From: Eledone cirrhosa
Taxonomy: Eukaryota
DNA length: 54,589 nucleotides
Direction: 5' to 3'
NCBI GenBank assembly: GCA_964016885.1
Contig: CAXHJY010000782.1
Coordinates: forward strand, 1-54,589
Below are positions 14,439-26,853 of the stretch, one piece after another (position 1 is the stretch's first letter; every line of letters starts with the position of its first letter). The translations under genes and the position numbers were made by a program. The notes below the pieces were generated by a model. The model had not been told where the DNA came from. It made no database searches and saw nothing but the letters and a program-made list of their open reading frames with translations.

Positions 14439-14844
14439 AACATATATGATGGGTTCCCTTTCTCATAAGACATTGGTCATCCAGAGGTATAGAAAAAGGC
14501 ACTTGTCTATGGTGTCACACAGTGGAACTTGAAGCCATGTGGCTGCCAAGAAAACATCTTAACTACACAGCCATATTTATGTTTCTAAAATAGCTTCTAA
14601 GTATATAATGCTTACTTCTGTTATATGGCTTCTTGTAAAGGATGTTGTTTTGTTCAGGACAAAGCAAAAACATTTTAGGGGAGAGGATGATGTAGGTGTT
14701 GTATATTAGCACATATTTGAATATATTGTACAGCAACATGTTATAAATGTTATAAAGAAAATATCTAAAATAGCAATGATCTCCCTGAGAAATAGTGAGA
14801 TATGAAAACAATATAGCAAAGTCACCAGGTTGACTACTGCTTCT

Positions 14845-15025
14845 GCAAACAACATAGTACAATGAAGAAATATATTAGTTTAACGCTTGATATAATAGGA
14901 AAAAGGTCTTGATGTTTTGTACACAAGTCCTTCATCAGAAGATAAATTGAGAAATAAAAAGATAGAGTGAGAAATGGAAGGAATGGAAACTTTTTTTTTT
15001 GAGAAAAAGCATGTGTGTATTCAGT
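14845..15025 (-). mobile_element. PLE-like remnant (family C) with decayed hammerhead
   Basis: Homologous to 26660-26853. Minus strand TCTT-CTGATGA-AGGA...CAAAACATC-AAGA is consistent with CpG decay of CGAAACGTC. Confidence 0.55.
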
Positions 15026-15277
15026 CACACATATACATACATAGATATATATAATGAACATTTTACATACATTTTCTATATGTTGAAAGGGTTTTCATTC
15101 ATACATATATGTGTGTATGTCTGTGTATCAAATATGTTTCAGTTAAAATGCTATCTATAGAACTAGTGTTGTTTCATTTGGTGAAAATCATCAGGAAGTC
15201 AGATAATGTTGGTTGATTCAGTATATATATGTGTGGTTGTGTGTGTGTGCAGGCATGCGTGCACCTGTCTATGTGTG

Positions 15278-15525
15278 AAGGCACATGGCCTAGTAGTTAG
15301 GTTGTTGAAGTTATGGTCATAGTGTGGTGGGTTCAATTTCTGGTCCTGGTCCTGGTTGTTGGTTGCTCCAGTATATTCATCTGAAAATGGGTGCCAATAG
15401 TAGTTAGTGGTTTAACCCTGCGATGGACTAGAATCCTGTCCAGGGAGTAGTCAGATCACTCAGTCACTTAACACCGAGAAAACCATGATGAACACCAGCC
15501 TAATGAATTTCTGTACTTGAGGCAT
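15278..15525 (+). mobile_element. Old tRNA-derived SINE (family 4)
   Basis: TGGCCTAGTAG A box, GGTTCAATT B box, AACCCTGCGATGGACTAGAATCCTGTCCAGGG centre. Confidence 0.6.
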
Positions 15526-16129
15526 AACGAATAAAGAACCAGAACTAATACTGCAAAGACTTTTGAACATTGCTCTACCAATGTTGCCAGTAATAATGGT
15601 TTCTGATTTAGGCACAAAGCCAACAATTTGGGGGAGGATAAAGTCAATTAAATTGACCCCTAGTGCATTACTGGTACTTTATTTCATCGACCCCTTAAGG
15701 ACAAAAGGCAAAGCTAACCTCAGTGGGATTAATAACCATTTCTAGCATAGACAGAAGGCCACAAATTTGGTGGTGGTGAGGGTATATTAGTCACTTAAAT
15801 CTACTCCTGTACTTAGCAGGTACTTTCTTTTATCAACCACAGGATAACACTAAAAGTGTACCTCAGCAAGATTTGAAGTCAGAATGTAGAGTTGCAGCAA
15901 ATACATGTGCATCTGTTCATCTGTGCATCTGTTAATATTTTATCATTAATTTTATTTTGCACATTATTGCATTATATTTTCATGTTGCATAATTTAATGT
16001 TTTTACTGTTGTCCTCAAGGCAATGGAAATAAATAATTTATTTATATTTTATCCCATTATATACACAGATACATACATACATATCTATCTATATATATAA
16101 TCAGTGGTCTCCTTAGTCTCAGCACCACA

Positions 16130-16212
<83 letters not shown>

Positions 16213-16790
16213 GTGTGTGTGTGTACATACACACACAGCTATATGTTGATCTTTCAATTCAATGTATATTTATTTTCTTGCCTCTTAGTGTAGTTATTTG
16301 AAAAATTAATGTTTTGTTTCTTTTACTAAGGATTAGTAATATTGTTGTTGTTTATATTATGGAAGGCAGTGAATGGCAGAATCATTAGAATGTCAGATAA
16401 AATGCCTTCTGGTTTTGAATCCCACAGAGTTTCTCTTTGCCTTTCATCTTTCTAAAACACTAGTTCCCAAACTACGATATGAAGGTCCCAAAGGATTTTA
16501 GAAATAAGTTCAAATTTTAAAGTTGTTACAGCATGAAATGTATTATTACTCATGATAAGGATGGAAAAGAAATTAAAAATATGTGTTAACCCTTTTTTAA
16601 CCATGTGGTTAGCGTTAGGAAGGGCATCCAGCCATGGAAACCAAGCTAGAAACAGTTCTGTATGAGCAAAACACTGTCATCTGCCCTGGATTGTCTCACA
16701 ACTAGGCAACTCGTCAAACCCATGCTAGTGTGGCAAAATGGACATTAAACGGAGATGATGATGATGATGATGATTTCTGCATATACTCAC

Positions 16791-16911
16791 CAGGTAATGG
16801 TTCATAGTGTTCAGCAGTTAATTTGTTCCAAGTGTGATCAGATGACAGTAATATGTGCTGTTCTTCTTTATCTAAGCTCGAAGTTAATGCAGATCCTTCT
16901 TGGATACACAT
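16791..16911 (-). CDS. Coding exon (121 nt) of the unidentified host gene
   Basis: ttctctgctatcttctcacag acceptor and CTG|GTGAGT donor. Reads MCIQEGSALTSSLDKEEQHILLSSDHTWNKLTAEHYEPLP(G), ends in phase 1. Confidence 0.75.
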
Positions 16912-17040
16912 CTGTGAGAAGATAGCAGAGAAACATACAACAACTTAATAATGAAGCAGACATATACAAGATCAGTGGAAAGAAACTCCTTACTGAAAAT
17001 TACTTAAAACTTTTTGCCTACTTTGACGATTTCTGAGAAC

Positions 17041-17100
17041 ATGATTGACCTCATGTTCATGCAAGATGGGATCCCTCCTCATTTTGCAAGAACTGTGTAA
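17041..17100 (+). pseudogene. Tc1/mariner transposase fragment
   Basis: MFMQDGIPPHFARTV resembles the FQQDGAPPH motif around the second catalytic Asp. Very short. Confidence 0.4.
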
Positions 17101-17473
17101 ACTGGAGAAAAATGACGCAACCATGTTTCGTTGGATGTGCAATGTAAATGTGAGAGTTTGGACGAGCTGAGAGAGAAGCTGGGTTTAATGGGAATCTGAG
17201 ATGGTGTGCAGGAGAGAAGACTGAACTGGTATGGACATGTGATGTGTATGGACAATGACTGATAGGTGAAGAAATGCCAGGGAATCCAAATGGAAGGAAG
17301 CCGCAGTAGAGGATGACCAAGAAAGACCTGGGCAGAGGTTGTGAGAGCAAACCTCAAATTGCTAAGACTGAAAGAGGTGATGAAGGAATGTAACAAGTGG
17401 AGAGATATCGTGCTGAGAAGGACCTGTCAAACCCATGCAAGCATGGAAAAGTGGACGTAAAAATGACGATGAT
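17100..17473 (+). mobile_element. Older degenerate RTE LINE 3' fragment
   Basis: LEKNDATMFRWMCNV...RRLNWYGHVM with stops, followed by the CCCATGCAAGCATGGAAAAGTGGACGT 3' end. Confidence 0.8.
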
Positions 17474-17529
17474 CTCCACGAGTGGTTTGTGGCCAGCAAA
17501 AAGTGTGTAGAGAGTGGGGGTTTAGAGAG

Positions 17530-17960
17530 TGTGCGTCTGTGAAAGAGAGTGACAGTGTGTGTGTGTGTCTGTGAGAGAGAGTATGTGTGTGCATTTGTGA
17601 GAGAGATAGTGTGTATGTCTGTGAGGGAGAAAGAGTGTGTGTATCTGTGAGAGTAAGAAAGCATGAGGGTGTGTCTGTGAGAGAGAATGTGTGTGTTTGT
17701 GAGAATGTGTGCATGTCTGTGAGAGAGAGTGTGTGTGTGTGTCTGTGAGAGAGAATGTGTGTGTTTGTGAGAATGTGTGCGTGTCTGTGAGAGAGAGTGT
17801 GTGTGTGTGTCTGTGAGAGAGAATGTGTGTGTTTGTGAGAATGTGTGCGTGTCTGTGAGAGAGAGTGTGTGTCTGTGAGAGAGAGAGTATGTGTGTGTTT
17901 GTGAGAGTGTGTGTGTGTTTGTGAGAGTGAGAGAACATATGGGTGTGTCTGAGAGAGAGA
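17530..17960. repeat. Compound (GT)n/(GA)n minisatellite
   Basis: gtctgtgagagagaatgtgtgtgtttgtgagaat repeats. Confidence 0.85.
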
Positions 17961-18357
17961 CAGTCAGTGTGTATGTAGGGTGTGGTGATGTAACACAGAT
18001 TAAAACCCAGAATTAGACATAAATCAGTGGTTATCTGATAGACTTAGTGACAACTTCAATTCTCTAACCTTGGCCATATTAACAGTTTACTCTCAATTAT
18101 TCTATGTAACTGAACCTTTGTTAAAGGTTTCCCCAGATGAATATCAAAGAGATAAACAGGCGTGCATGCCTATCACACATATACCTTCACGGATGGGCTT
18201 TTTTTAATGTGCATATGAGTGTATGTATGACTGTGTATATATATGTATGCATTTCTGTGTTCTCGTTCTCTCTAATTCTCATATATATACATATATATAT
18301 ACACATATATATATACACACACATATATGCTAGCATGGAAGATGGACGTTTAACGAA

Positions 18358-18434
<77 letters not shown>

Positions 18435-18643
18435 CATATGTATCATCATGATCATCGTTATATATATATATATATATATATTGAGTTTGAATTAATTTCC
18501 CATATCTTACGTTAATTACTTTCCATTTTGACGTTATAGTCACTTATATATTATGAAATACTGTTGGCTTCTTGCTCACAATAATTTCTATATTTTTATT
18601 TATATATATATGTATATATATATATAAATATATATATATACAT

Positions 18644-19290
18644 ATATTCATTAGTTAAGCAAAACAAGACCAAAAATTTCACAAGGAAGACATTATTAAA
18701 AGATTGTCAACATAATTTAGTTTGATGTAAGGAATGTAGAGAATAATAATAATAATATTAATAATAATAATGTCCGTTTACAATTGTTTCGCTATACCCA
18801 GGACACCATAGTAAAATACCAATATATGGAACACTACATTCATGTAACATTCTTTCCTTATTTTAATTTATATTCCTTTTTAAGTTCCGATGAGCTGCTC
18901 TATTTTCACCTATGTTAATTATTTTCAACTGAACCAGATCAATAATGATCTATAATCATTTGATCCAGAAATATTATATGGAGTAGCGAAACAATTGTAA
19001 ACAGACATTATTATTATTATTATTCTCTACATTCCTACATCAAACTAAAATATGTTGACAATCTTTTAATAATGTCTTCCTTGTGAAATCTGTCGTCTTG
19101 TTTTGCTTAACTAATGAATATTTCCAACTCTGTGCACCTAACCTCTGCATGAACCCAGCCACCTAGCTGCCTTCCACTGCATATTGCACATTGAGCACAT
19201 GCCTTTACGCTTTGGCTTCTAACTATTTCACCAATCTCTCCTCTCCTATCTCCATCTCTCTCTTTAAGATTGGTTACTCTTGAACTGTGT
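18644..19290 (+). mobile_element. PLE-like inverted-repeat element (family E): arms 18644-18794 and 18984-19121, plus tail
   Basis: Long inverted arms, hammerhead, bulged tail hairpin. Flanked by (TA)n. Confidence 0.7.
18884..19002 (+). ncRNA. Hammerhead-like motif with long stem-II insert (family E)
   Basis: GTT-CCGATGA-GCTGCTCTAT...ATGGAGTAGC-GAAA-CAATTG-TA-AAC. U4C variant core. Confidence 0.62.
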
Positions 19291-19298
19291 ATATATAC

Positions 19299-19378
<80 letters not shown>

Positions 19379-19379
19379 C

Positions 19380-19492
19380 AAAGAAGGTGTGGTAAGATAC
19401 AAGGTGGACCATAATGCACCAGAGTACTCAATACTTAGGGTATCTTGCTGTTGAAACGGCTGGATCTCAGCCATCGGGGTCCTGACTCTTTT

Positions 19493-19495
<3 letters not shown>
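19380..19495 (-). mobile_element. PLE-like terminal remnant (family D)
   Basis: Homologous to 14105-14258. Plus strand holds GAAA-CGGCTG-gatct-CAGCCA-TC, a possible hammerhead 3' half. Confidence 0.5.
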
Positions 19496-19553
<58 letters not shown>

Positions 19554-19673
19554 ATTATTATGATTTAATGTATATATATTTATTCATTGAACTGTAATAT
19601 TTGGTTTGTTGTTTCTGTTTACTTGGATATGTGTGAGTGTTGGGGTGTATATATATATAACATATGTATACAT

Positions 19674-19710
<37 letters not shown>

Positions 19711-20299
19711 CATACATACACAAACACATACATATATATATATATAACATATATATATACATACACACACACATATATATATATATAACATATATATATA
19801 CATACATACACACACACATATATATATATATATATACACACATACACATATACACACACACACACACAGATACATACACACACACTTACAAGCATTTACA
19901 GATGCAACTGTTGGGATGAGCTGCAAAAATAGATCACATGTTTTGGGGGGATTGGTTATCACATGACGAGACATAAATATTTGGTGGATCAATGACGATA
20001 TGCATGATAAAGCAAGGAATAACCATCTATCTCTGTTATCATGCATGAATGTGTGTGGCTGTGTACATCTGCACAGCTGCATACATCTGCACAGCAGCAT
20101 ATGGGAGCTTACACACAAATATATACATTATGTTACATGCATATGCATACATACACACACACATATATACATTATGTTACATACATATCAAATATATCGG
20201 ATATATAGATACACACTCATGCGCATACACATGCATACATACACACACATATATATACACATACATACACACACACACACACACACTATATATATATAA

Positions 20300-20378
<79 letters not shown>

Positions 20379-20399
20379 CATATATACATATATAGATAT

Positions 20400-20536
20400 A
20401 CGCTATTCCGGGTTGAATCGGAGGTAACCACAGTAAGTAAGGTACTCAATACATTGCAGAGTATAAAAGTTTTAATATAGATGAGATTCTACAGGAATAG
20501 AACTGTTTCATTCTTTAGAAATCATCAGGAATCTTT
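20400..20536 (-). mobile_element. PLE-like terminal remnant (family B)
   Basis: Homologous to 34452-34586, 35245-35370 and 29890-30170. In (TA)n. Confidence 0.7.
20484..20534 (-). ncRNA. Type-I hammerhead ribozyme (family B)
   Basis: Minus strand AGATTC-CTGATGA-TTTCtaaaGAAT-GAAA-CAG-ttctattc-CTG-TA-GAATCT: perfect stems I and III, GUA site. Confidence 0.8.
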
Positions 20537-20656
20537 ATATATATATATATACATATATATATATACATATATATATACATATATATATATATACATATAT
20601 ATACATATATATATATACATATATATATATACATATATATATACATATATATATAC

Positions 20657-20687
<31 letters not shown>

Positions 20688-20706
20688 CATATATATATAC
20701 ATATAC

Positions 20707-20793
<87 letters not shown>

Positions 20794-20843
20794 CATATAT
20801 ATCTATATTAATTCAAAATGTAGACATTCATGTAATCAAAATA

Positions 20844-20909
20844 TATTTTATTATATATATTTCGGAGGTACTGTGCTGTTTTTTCAGTACGTCCTCATCA
20901 GATAAAATA
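20844..20909 (-). ncRNA. Type-I hammerhead ribozyme (family A), canonical core
   Basis: Minus strand TATTTTAT-CTGATGA-GGACGTACTG...CAGTACCTCC-GAAA-TATATA-TA-ATAAAATA. Confidence 0.88.
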
Positions 20910-21014
20910 CATAAATTTATGTATGACATACCTCAACTGTGCTGATGGTTCAATTCCAGTCTTGGCAGTCTTGAACCATCAGCACAGTTGAGGTATGTCA
21001 TACATCAATTTATG

Positions 21015-21080
21015 TATTTTATCTGATGAGGACGTACTGAAAAAACAGCACAGTACCTCCAAAATATATATAATAAAATA
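21015..21080 (+). ncRNA. Hammerhead copy with G12A substitution (probably inactive)
   Basis: Same as the minus-arm copy but GAAA is AAAA at 21061. Confidence 0.7.
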
Positions 21081-21264
21081 TATTTTGATTACGTGAATGT
21101 CTACATTTATTAATATTTTGAATTAAAATTAATAACTCCAGAAAACTTTGCTGTTGAGTGCTTCTAATCTATTGTAAAACTATATTCATTGATTAATCAA
21201 TGAACCTTGTTTAACTTTTGGTTATATATATCTATATATATATACATATATGTATATATTTATA

Positions 21265-21309
<45 letters not shown>

Positions 21310-21580
21310 GCATGTATGTATTACATATTTTTATATATGTGTGTGTGTTAATGTGTGTGCATGTGTAAGTGTGTATATACTTACATGTATATAATTTATA
21401 GACATAGTATAAAGATGAAGATAAGTAAGAATTGTAGAGATACAAGAGTTGAGTAGAATACAGAATCCTCAGTGGTATAGAGTTAGGGGGAACAAGGTCT
21501 ACTACTACAGCCCATATCACCATCTCAAACACCACCAATACTTCCACACCCACTGTCACCACTGCCTCAAACACCATATT

Positions 21581-21619
<39 letters not shown>

Positions 21620-21624
21620 ATGCA

Positions 21625-21750
21625 GGCGTGTGGCTAGATGGTTAGAGAATTGGATTCACAATCATGAGGTTGTGAGTTCGATTCTCAGACCAGGCGATGC
21701 ATTATGTCCTTGGGCAAGACTTTATTTCATGTTGCTCCTTCTACCTGGAG
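21625..21750 (+). mobile_element. tRNA/CORE-like SINE 5' fragment
   Basis: TGGCTAGATGG...GTTCGATTC...TCCTTGGGCAAGAC. Confidence 0.65.
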
Positions 21751-21841
21751 TTGCGACTGATAGTGAGTATTAGCAATTGGAAAGACCAATGGAAACATTG
21801 TTTCCTCGGTCCAATTTGACGATATATATATATATGGAAAA

Positions 21842-22068
21842 CACTCTTAGTACGGCTGATACTTAAATGTAAGTATGTATACGTACATACATATATGTAT
21901 ACAGACGTACAGTAGTATGTATATATATGCATACATGCACACATATATATATATGTACGTATGGGTTTACCGAACACTTATTATAATGTTCGGTTTGCTT
22001 GTAAACAACCAGCCTGAATTAAGCCGTACAGTGTTCGGCAACCATCGTTGCCCTTTTGTTCAACACTG
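21842..22068 (-). mobile_element. Diverged copy of the family F PLE-like arm (cf. 42141-42392)
   Basis: Shares cactcttagta...acttaaatgtaagtatgta...gtaaacaa...gcctgaatt...ggcaacca...ttttgttcaacactg. Confidence 0.7.
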
Positions 22069-22753
22069 GAATGTTAGACATAGTAAAAAATGGTAAAAGT
22101 GAATCAACGTGCAATGCCAGTATCCTGATAACCTTATACGATGGTCCCTGGTAACCTTATATTAGCCAAGCCAGATTGGTAAAAAATGGTAGAAGTGAAT
22201 CAACGTACAATGCTGGTAGCCAGGTAGCCTTATTCGATGGTTCCATATTAGCCAAGCCAGCAGCAGTTCTAGATCAACTCTAGATCAACACAGGTAAAAT
22301 CTGAACTGAGGTCTTCCAATTATCAACTAGATGTTTGCAAGATTAAATTACCACAAGTTCTATAGAAGTTAATTGCTTTCACCTTCAATATATTCCTTAA
22401 TGTCTACAATAGAAACTAATCACCATGTACACCATGTGTATACCCTTGCATAGACATATCCATGTTTCTACATGGATATCAACACATGAGTGTAGACATG
22501 TACACACATGTGGCTCACACACAACAACACATGACAAACACATACAGACAAAAGTAAACAAAAACACAGACATTCATATATGATTAGTGCAGGAATATAT
22601 CCGTGTCTAATCAGTTCATTGCATTGCATATGCAAACTAAATTAATCAATATACATATATACATATATATATATATATACACATACATATATATATATGT
22701 ATATCAATATATATATGTGTATATATATATGTGTATGTGTATGTATATACATA

Positions 22754-22799
<46 letters not shown>

Positions 22800-22874
22800 C
22801 ATACATATTTAAAAATATATATATACATCATCATCATCAATTTACGTCCGCTCTTCCCTGCTTGCAAGGGTTGG

Positions 22875-22957
<83 letters not shown>

Positions 22958-22987
22958 AGATCAAAAGATGGTTAAAAGAGTTCCAAG

Positions 22988-23058
22988 TATTTTATTATGC
23001 GCATTTCAAAAACAAATATCATCATGGGATGATATCTGCGTTCTCATCAGATAAAATA
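22988..23058 (-). ncRNA. Type-I hammerhead ribozyme (family A)
   Basis: Minus strand TATTTTAT-CTGATGA-GAACGCAGATATCATC...GATGATATTTGTTTTT-GAAA-TGCGCA-TA-ATAAAATA. Confidence 0.82.
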
Positions 23059-23184
23059 GGGATACATGATATGAAGCTTAAAAAACACTTGTGAATAGTG
23101 AAGTTTTAAATCAACATATGTTGATTTAAAACTTCACTATTCACACGTGTTTTTTAAGCTTCATATCATGTATCCCTATTTTAT
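23051..23184. repeat. Spacerless 134-bp palindrome adjoining the hammerhead
   Basis: 67-bp arms centred at 23117/23118, one visible mismatch. Confidence 0.92.
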
Positions 23185-24059
23185 TTATGTAAATTTGATT
23201 CACAACGTTTTAAAACATTTGCTGGGGTTGCCTGGGTGTGTCCACATAAAATTCTCTAAGAAGAAAAAAGAAAATGGTCAAGATAGGGCACGGTATACCG
23301 CTTTTGAACAGACTTAATGGTTGCGTATACTATGTTCCAAATACAAGGCGTTTGAGGGTCACCTAACAGTTGTCCGATTGAGCGGCAATTTTGCAAACCC
23401 CGTCTTATTGTTGATTGAAACAGGATGAAGGGATGGGAGCAGCAAAATGTTAACTATTGGAAAATTACCTATTGCTAAGGGCCACCCTAATATACACACA
23501 GACATATGTAGATACAAACAAATGCACATTTATATATACTTATGTAGTTACATACTACTGTCAAATTAGCCATGTACACAAAAGTGTTCATTTTTCAATG
23601 TACACTTGTACCACACTATATATACACACCCTCCCTCACACATACAAACAGATAAATCAATATATATACACACACACGCATAGATTTATACATACACATA
23701 TAATATAATTTCTATATCAAGTTACACATGTGTCTACACTCATTAAATCAATATATAAACTTACATGGATCAACGTAATCAATACTGATGCTCACTTTCA
23801 CACATACATATATTTACACATAAATACATACATGCTATCACACACACACATACATATATATACATACACACAGACACACACACATATATATATATATATA
23901 TACACACACATACATGTATATACATATATATGTATATACATACAGACACACACACATAGTCATGTGATCTCCATCCCTCTCTCTCTCAATATTTCTACTT
24001 GTTTCATCTCTCCCAGGATCATCCACAAAAGTAAATCAATGCAACACACACACACAAAT

Positions 24060-24091
<32 letters not shown>

Positions 24092-24520
24092 ACACGCATA
24101 CAGACAAACACACACAGACTAGCTCTCTGTCTCACATTCCCACATCTCTGTATTGCAATACACACACATACCAAGTTATGTTAATATATGTATTACACAC
24201 ACATGTGTGTATACATGTGTGTAAATATAAATATGTGTATGTATAAATGTGTATAAGTATAAATGTGTATAAGTAGAAATGTGTATATGTAGAAATGTGT
24301 GTATGTGTAGAAATGTGTGTATATATTACACACAAATGTGTACTACACGTGTGTATGTGTAATACACACACATGTCTACACACATTTCTGTAATATACAC
24401 AGAGGTGCACACATACATACCAACTATATTAATATGTTTTATTCAAATATACATTTATACATACACACATTTATACATACATATTTATACATATACACAT
24501 TTATATATATATATAACATT

Positions 24521-24902
24521 ATCATCATCCTTTTACGTCTGCTTTTCGCTGCTTGCAAGGGTGGGAAGGGAACTGACTCTGTCTTGATTTCTACAGCTGG
24601 ATGCCCTTCCTAACACCAACCTCATTTACAGTGAGTGCTGGGTGCTTTTTTTCAGTGGCGCCTACACGTCCACTTTACAGTGTGGGCTGGGTGCTTTTTT
24701 GCAGTGGCACCTCCACGACCATTTTGCAGTGGAATGATAGGGACCCCAGTCCTATCATCTCATTTCTACAGCTGAGTAAACTGGAGCAATGTGAAATAAA
24801 GTGTCTTGCTCAAGTAAACAACACATCACCCGGTCTGAGAATTGAACTCACAACCTTTCGATTGCAAGGCCAATGCTCTAACCACTAAGCCATGCGCCTT
24901 CA
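24521..24902 (-). mobile_element. tRNA/CORE-like SINE with RTE-derived tail (family 2)
   Basis: Reverse complement of 31376-31713. Tail matches the RTE 3' UTR at 53120-53280. Confidence 0.88.
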
Positions 24903-25067
<165 letters not shown>

Positions 25068-25131
25068 TACATATATATATATATATATATACGATATTAA
25101 CAAATGGAAACTATATTTATAAAACCATATT

Positions 25132-25196
25132 TATTTCATTATACATATTTCAAGAACACCAAGTTAAATTATGGTGTGCTTTCATCAGATAAAATA
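25132..25196 (-). ncRNA. Hammerhead ribozyme motif (family A)
   Basis: Minus strand CTGATGA-AAGCACACCA...TGGTGTTCTT-GAAA-TATGTA-TA, flanked by stem I. Confidence 0.78.
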
Positions 25197-25276
25197 TAAT
25201 ATAGAGCAGTTTTATAAATAAATATTGACATACCCTTAAAGAATGCAGCCATTACTGTTGGAAGCTCCGGATATTT

Positions 25277-25341
25277 TATTTTATCTGATGAAAGCACACC
25301 ATAATTTAACTTGGTGTCCTTGAAATATGTATAATGAAATA
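25277..25341 (+). ncRNA. Hammerhead ribozyme motif (family A)
   Basis: TATTTTAT-CTGATGA-AAGCACACCA...TGGTGTCCTT-GAAA-TATGTA-TA-ATGAAATA. Confidence 0.8.
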
Positions 25342-25467
25342 AATATGGTTTTATAAATATAGTTTCCATTTGTTAATATCGTAATTTTACTCCAATTTCT
25401 GTTGAGTGCTTTATATCAGTTATAAAAATATTTGCTTGTTGTATTCCAACAATTTAAATAGAACTTT

Positions 25468-25509
<42 letters not shown>

Positions 25510-25514
25510 TATAT

Positions 25515-25545
<31 letters not shown>

Positions 25546-25645
25546 AATATATATATATATAAATATATATATATATAGATATATATATAAATACATATAT
25601 ATAAATATATATGTATATATATATACATATATATATATACATATA

Positions 25646-25694
<49 letters not shown>

Positions 25695-25989
25695 TAATAA
25701 GAATATTTATATTTATATAAATATGTAGGGTAGTACTAAGTACTATCCGGTTACCGGTATGACAAAAGGCTCAATGCAAATTTTACAGAGCCGAGATACA
25801 AAGCGTTAAAACAATCAAATTTTAGTTTATATATATTTATATTTTGTATATTTATATATATATATATATATCATTTGATCTCAGTAAACCTACACACTTT
25901 ACGTAACCTGTCCCTTGTAATGTCCATTGTTTATCTAGGGCCTTTGTGACAAATATATTATAGTATTATTACTATTATTATTATTATTG

Positions 25990-26189
25990 AGTGACCCTCG
26001 GAAGCTTTCCCCTTATTGGGGAATTTTTGTTGTTTGAATTTTAATTTATTTTACGTTTCTGTCTTTTATAACCTTTTTACACGGCCAAGACCCACTTTGT
26101 ATCGTCCTGTGCCTTCTGTAATGTTTTTTTCTTCATGTTAGCGCTTGTGGCCAATAAAGAAACCATTATTATTATTATTATTATTATTA
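25990..26189 (+). mobile_element. Possible LINE 3' UTR stub with AATAAA and (ATT)n tail
   Basis: T-rich sequence ending gccaataaagaaacc(att)n, flanked by (ATT)n. Confidence 0.4.
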
Positions 26190-26385
26190 GGGCGGTGGAT
26201 TAGCAGTATCGGTAAAGGGTCGGACGCCATGCTTTGACGCATAGAGTTATGGCCCTTGCTATTCTGAGTTCAAATCCCGCCGAGGTTAGCTTTGCCTTTC
26301 ATCCTTACGGTGTCGATAAAATAAAGTACCAGTAATGTACTGGGTAATTGCTGGCCTTGTGCCAAAAGTAGAAACAATTATTATT
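26190..26385 (+). mobile_element. Full-length tRNA-derived SINE (family 1)
   Basis: A/B boxes, conserved centre, (ATT)n tail. Confidence 0.9.
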
Positions 26386-26659
26386 ACTATTATTATTATC
26401 ACTTATTATTATTATTATGTTTCATTTGTGTGGTGTGCCGAAGGGGGAGAGGAGAATGTGGAAAAGACATTTTAATGTTGAACTTAATGACCCATTCATA
26501 TAAAGCTAATGTGTGACTTTTCTATGCATATTTATGTGCATATATATATATTTAGCTATCTATATATCACTCTCTCACTCTCTCTCTCTCTCTATATATA
26601 TAGAGAGAGAGAGAGAGAAGAGAGATAGATATGCAAAAAGATAAACGAAAACAATGAAG

Positions 26660-26853
26660 TAAACAACACAGTACAATGAAGAAATATATTAGTTTAACTC
26701 TTGATATATTAGGAAAAGAGTCTAACATTTCGGACAATAATCCTTCATCAGATAATAGAATGAGAAATAGAAGTTGAAATAAAAGGATAAAGAGTGAGAA
26801 CGGGAAGGAATGGAAAAAAGTGTTTTTTTGAAAAAAAGTATACATGTATTCAT
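26660..26853 (-). mobile_element. PLE-like remnant (family C) with hammerhead-like core at ~26720-26752
   Basis: Minus strand CTGATGA-AGGA-ttattg-TCC-GAAA-TG-TT. Homologous to 14845-15025. Confidence 0.6.

Larger units (their letters stand above)
20817..21222 (+). mobile_element. PLE-like inverted-repeat element (family A): arms ~20817-20953 and 20971-21107, plus tail
   Basis: ~137-bp inverted arms, 17-nt loop, hammerhead in each arm. In (TA)n. Confidence 0.8.
25090..25470 (+). mobile_element. PLE-like inverted-repeat element (family A): arms 25090-25196 and 25277-25383, plus tail
   Basis: Homologous to 9727-10146. Follows a long (TA)n tract. Confidence 0.8.

Noticed and set aside
15150-15200. 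Family B hammerhead on the minus strand
   Set aside because: Core words are present but stems I and III are disrupted. Counted only as a decayed remnant.
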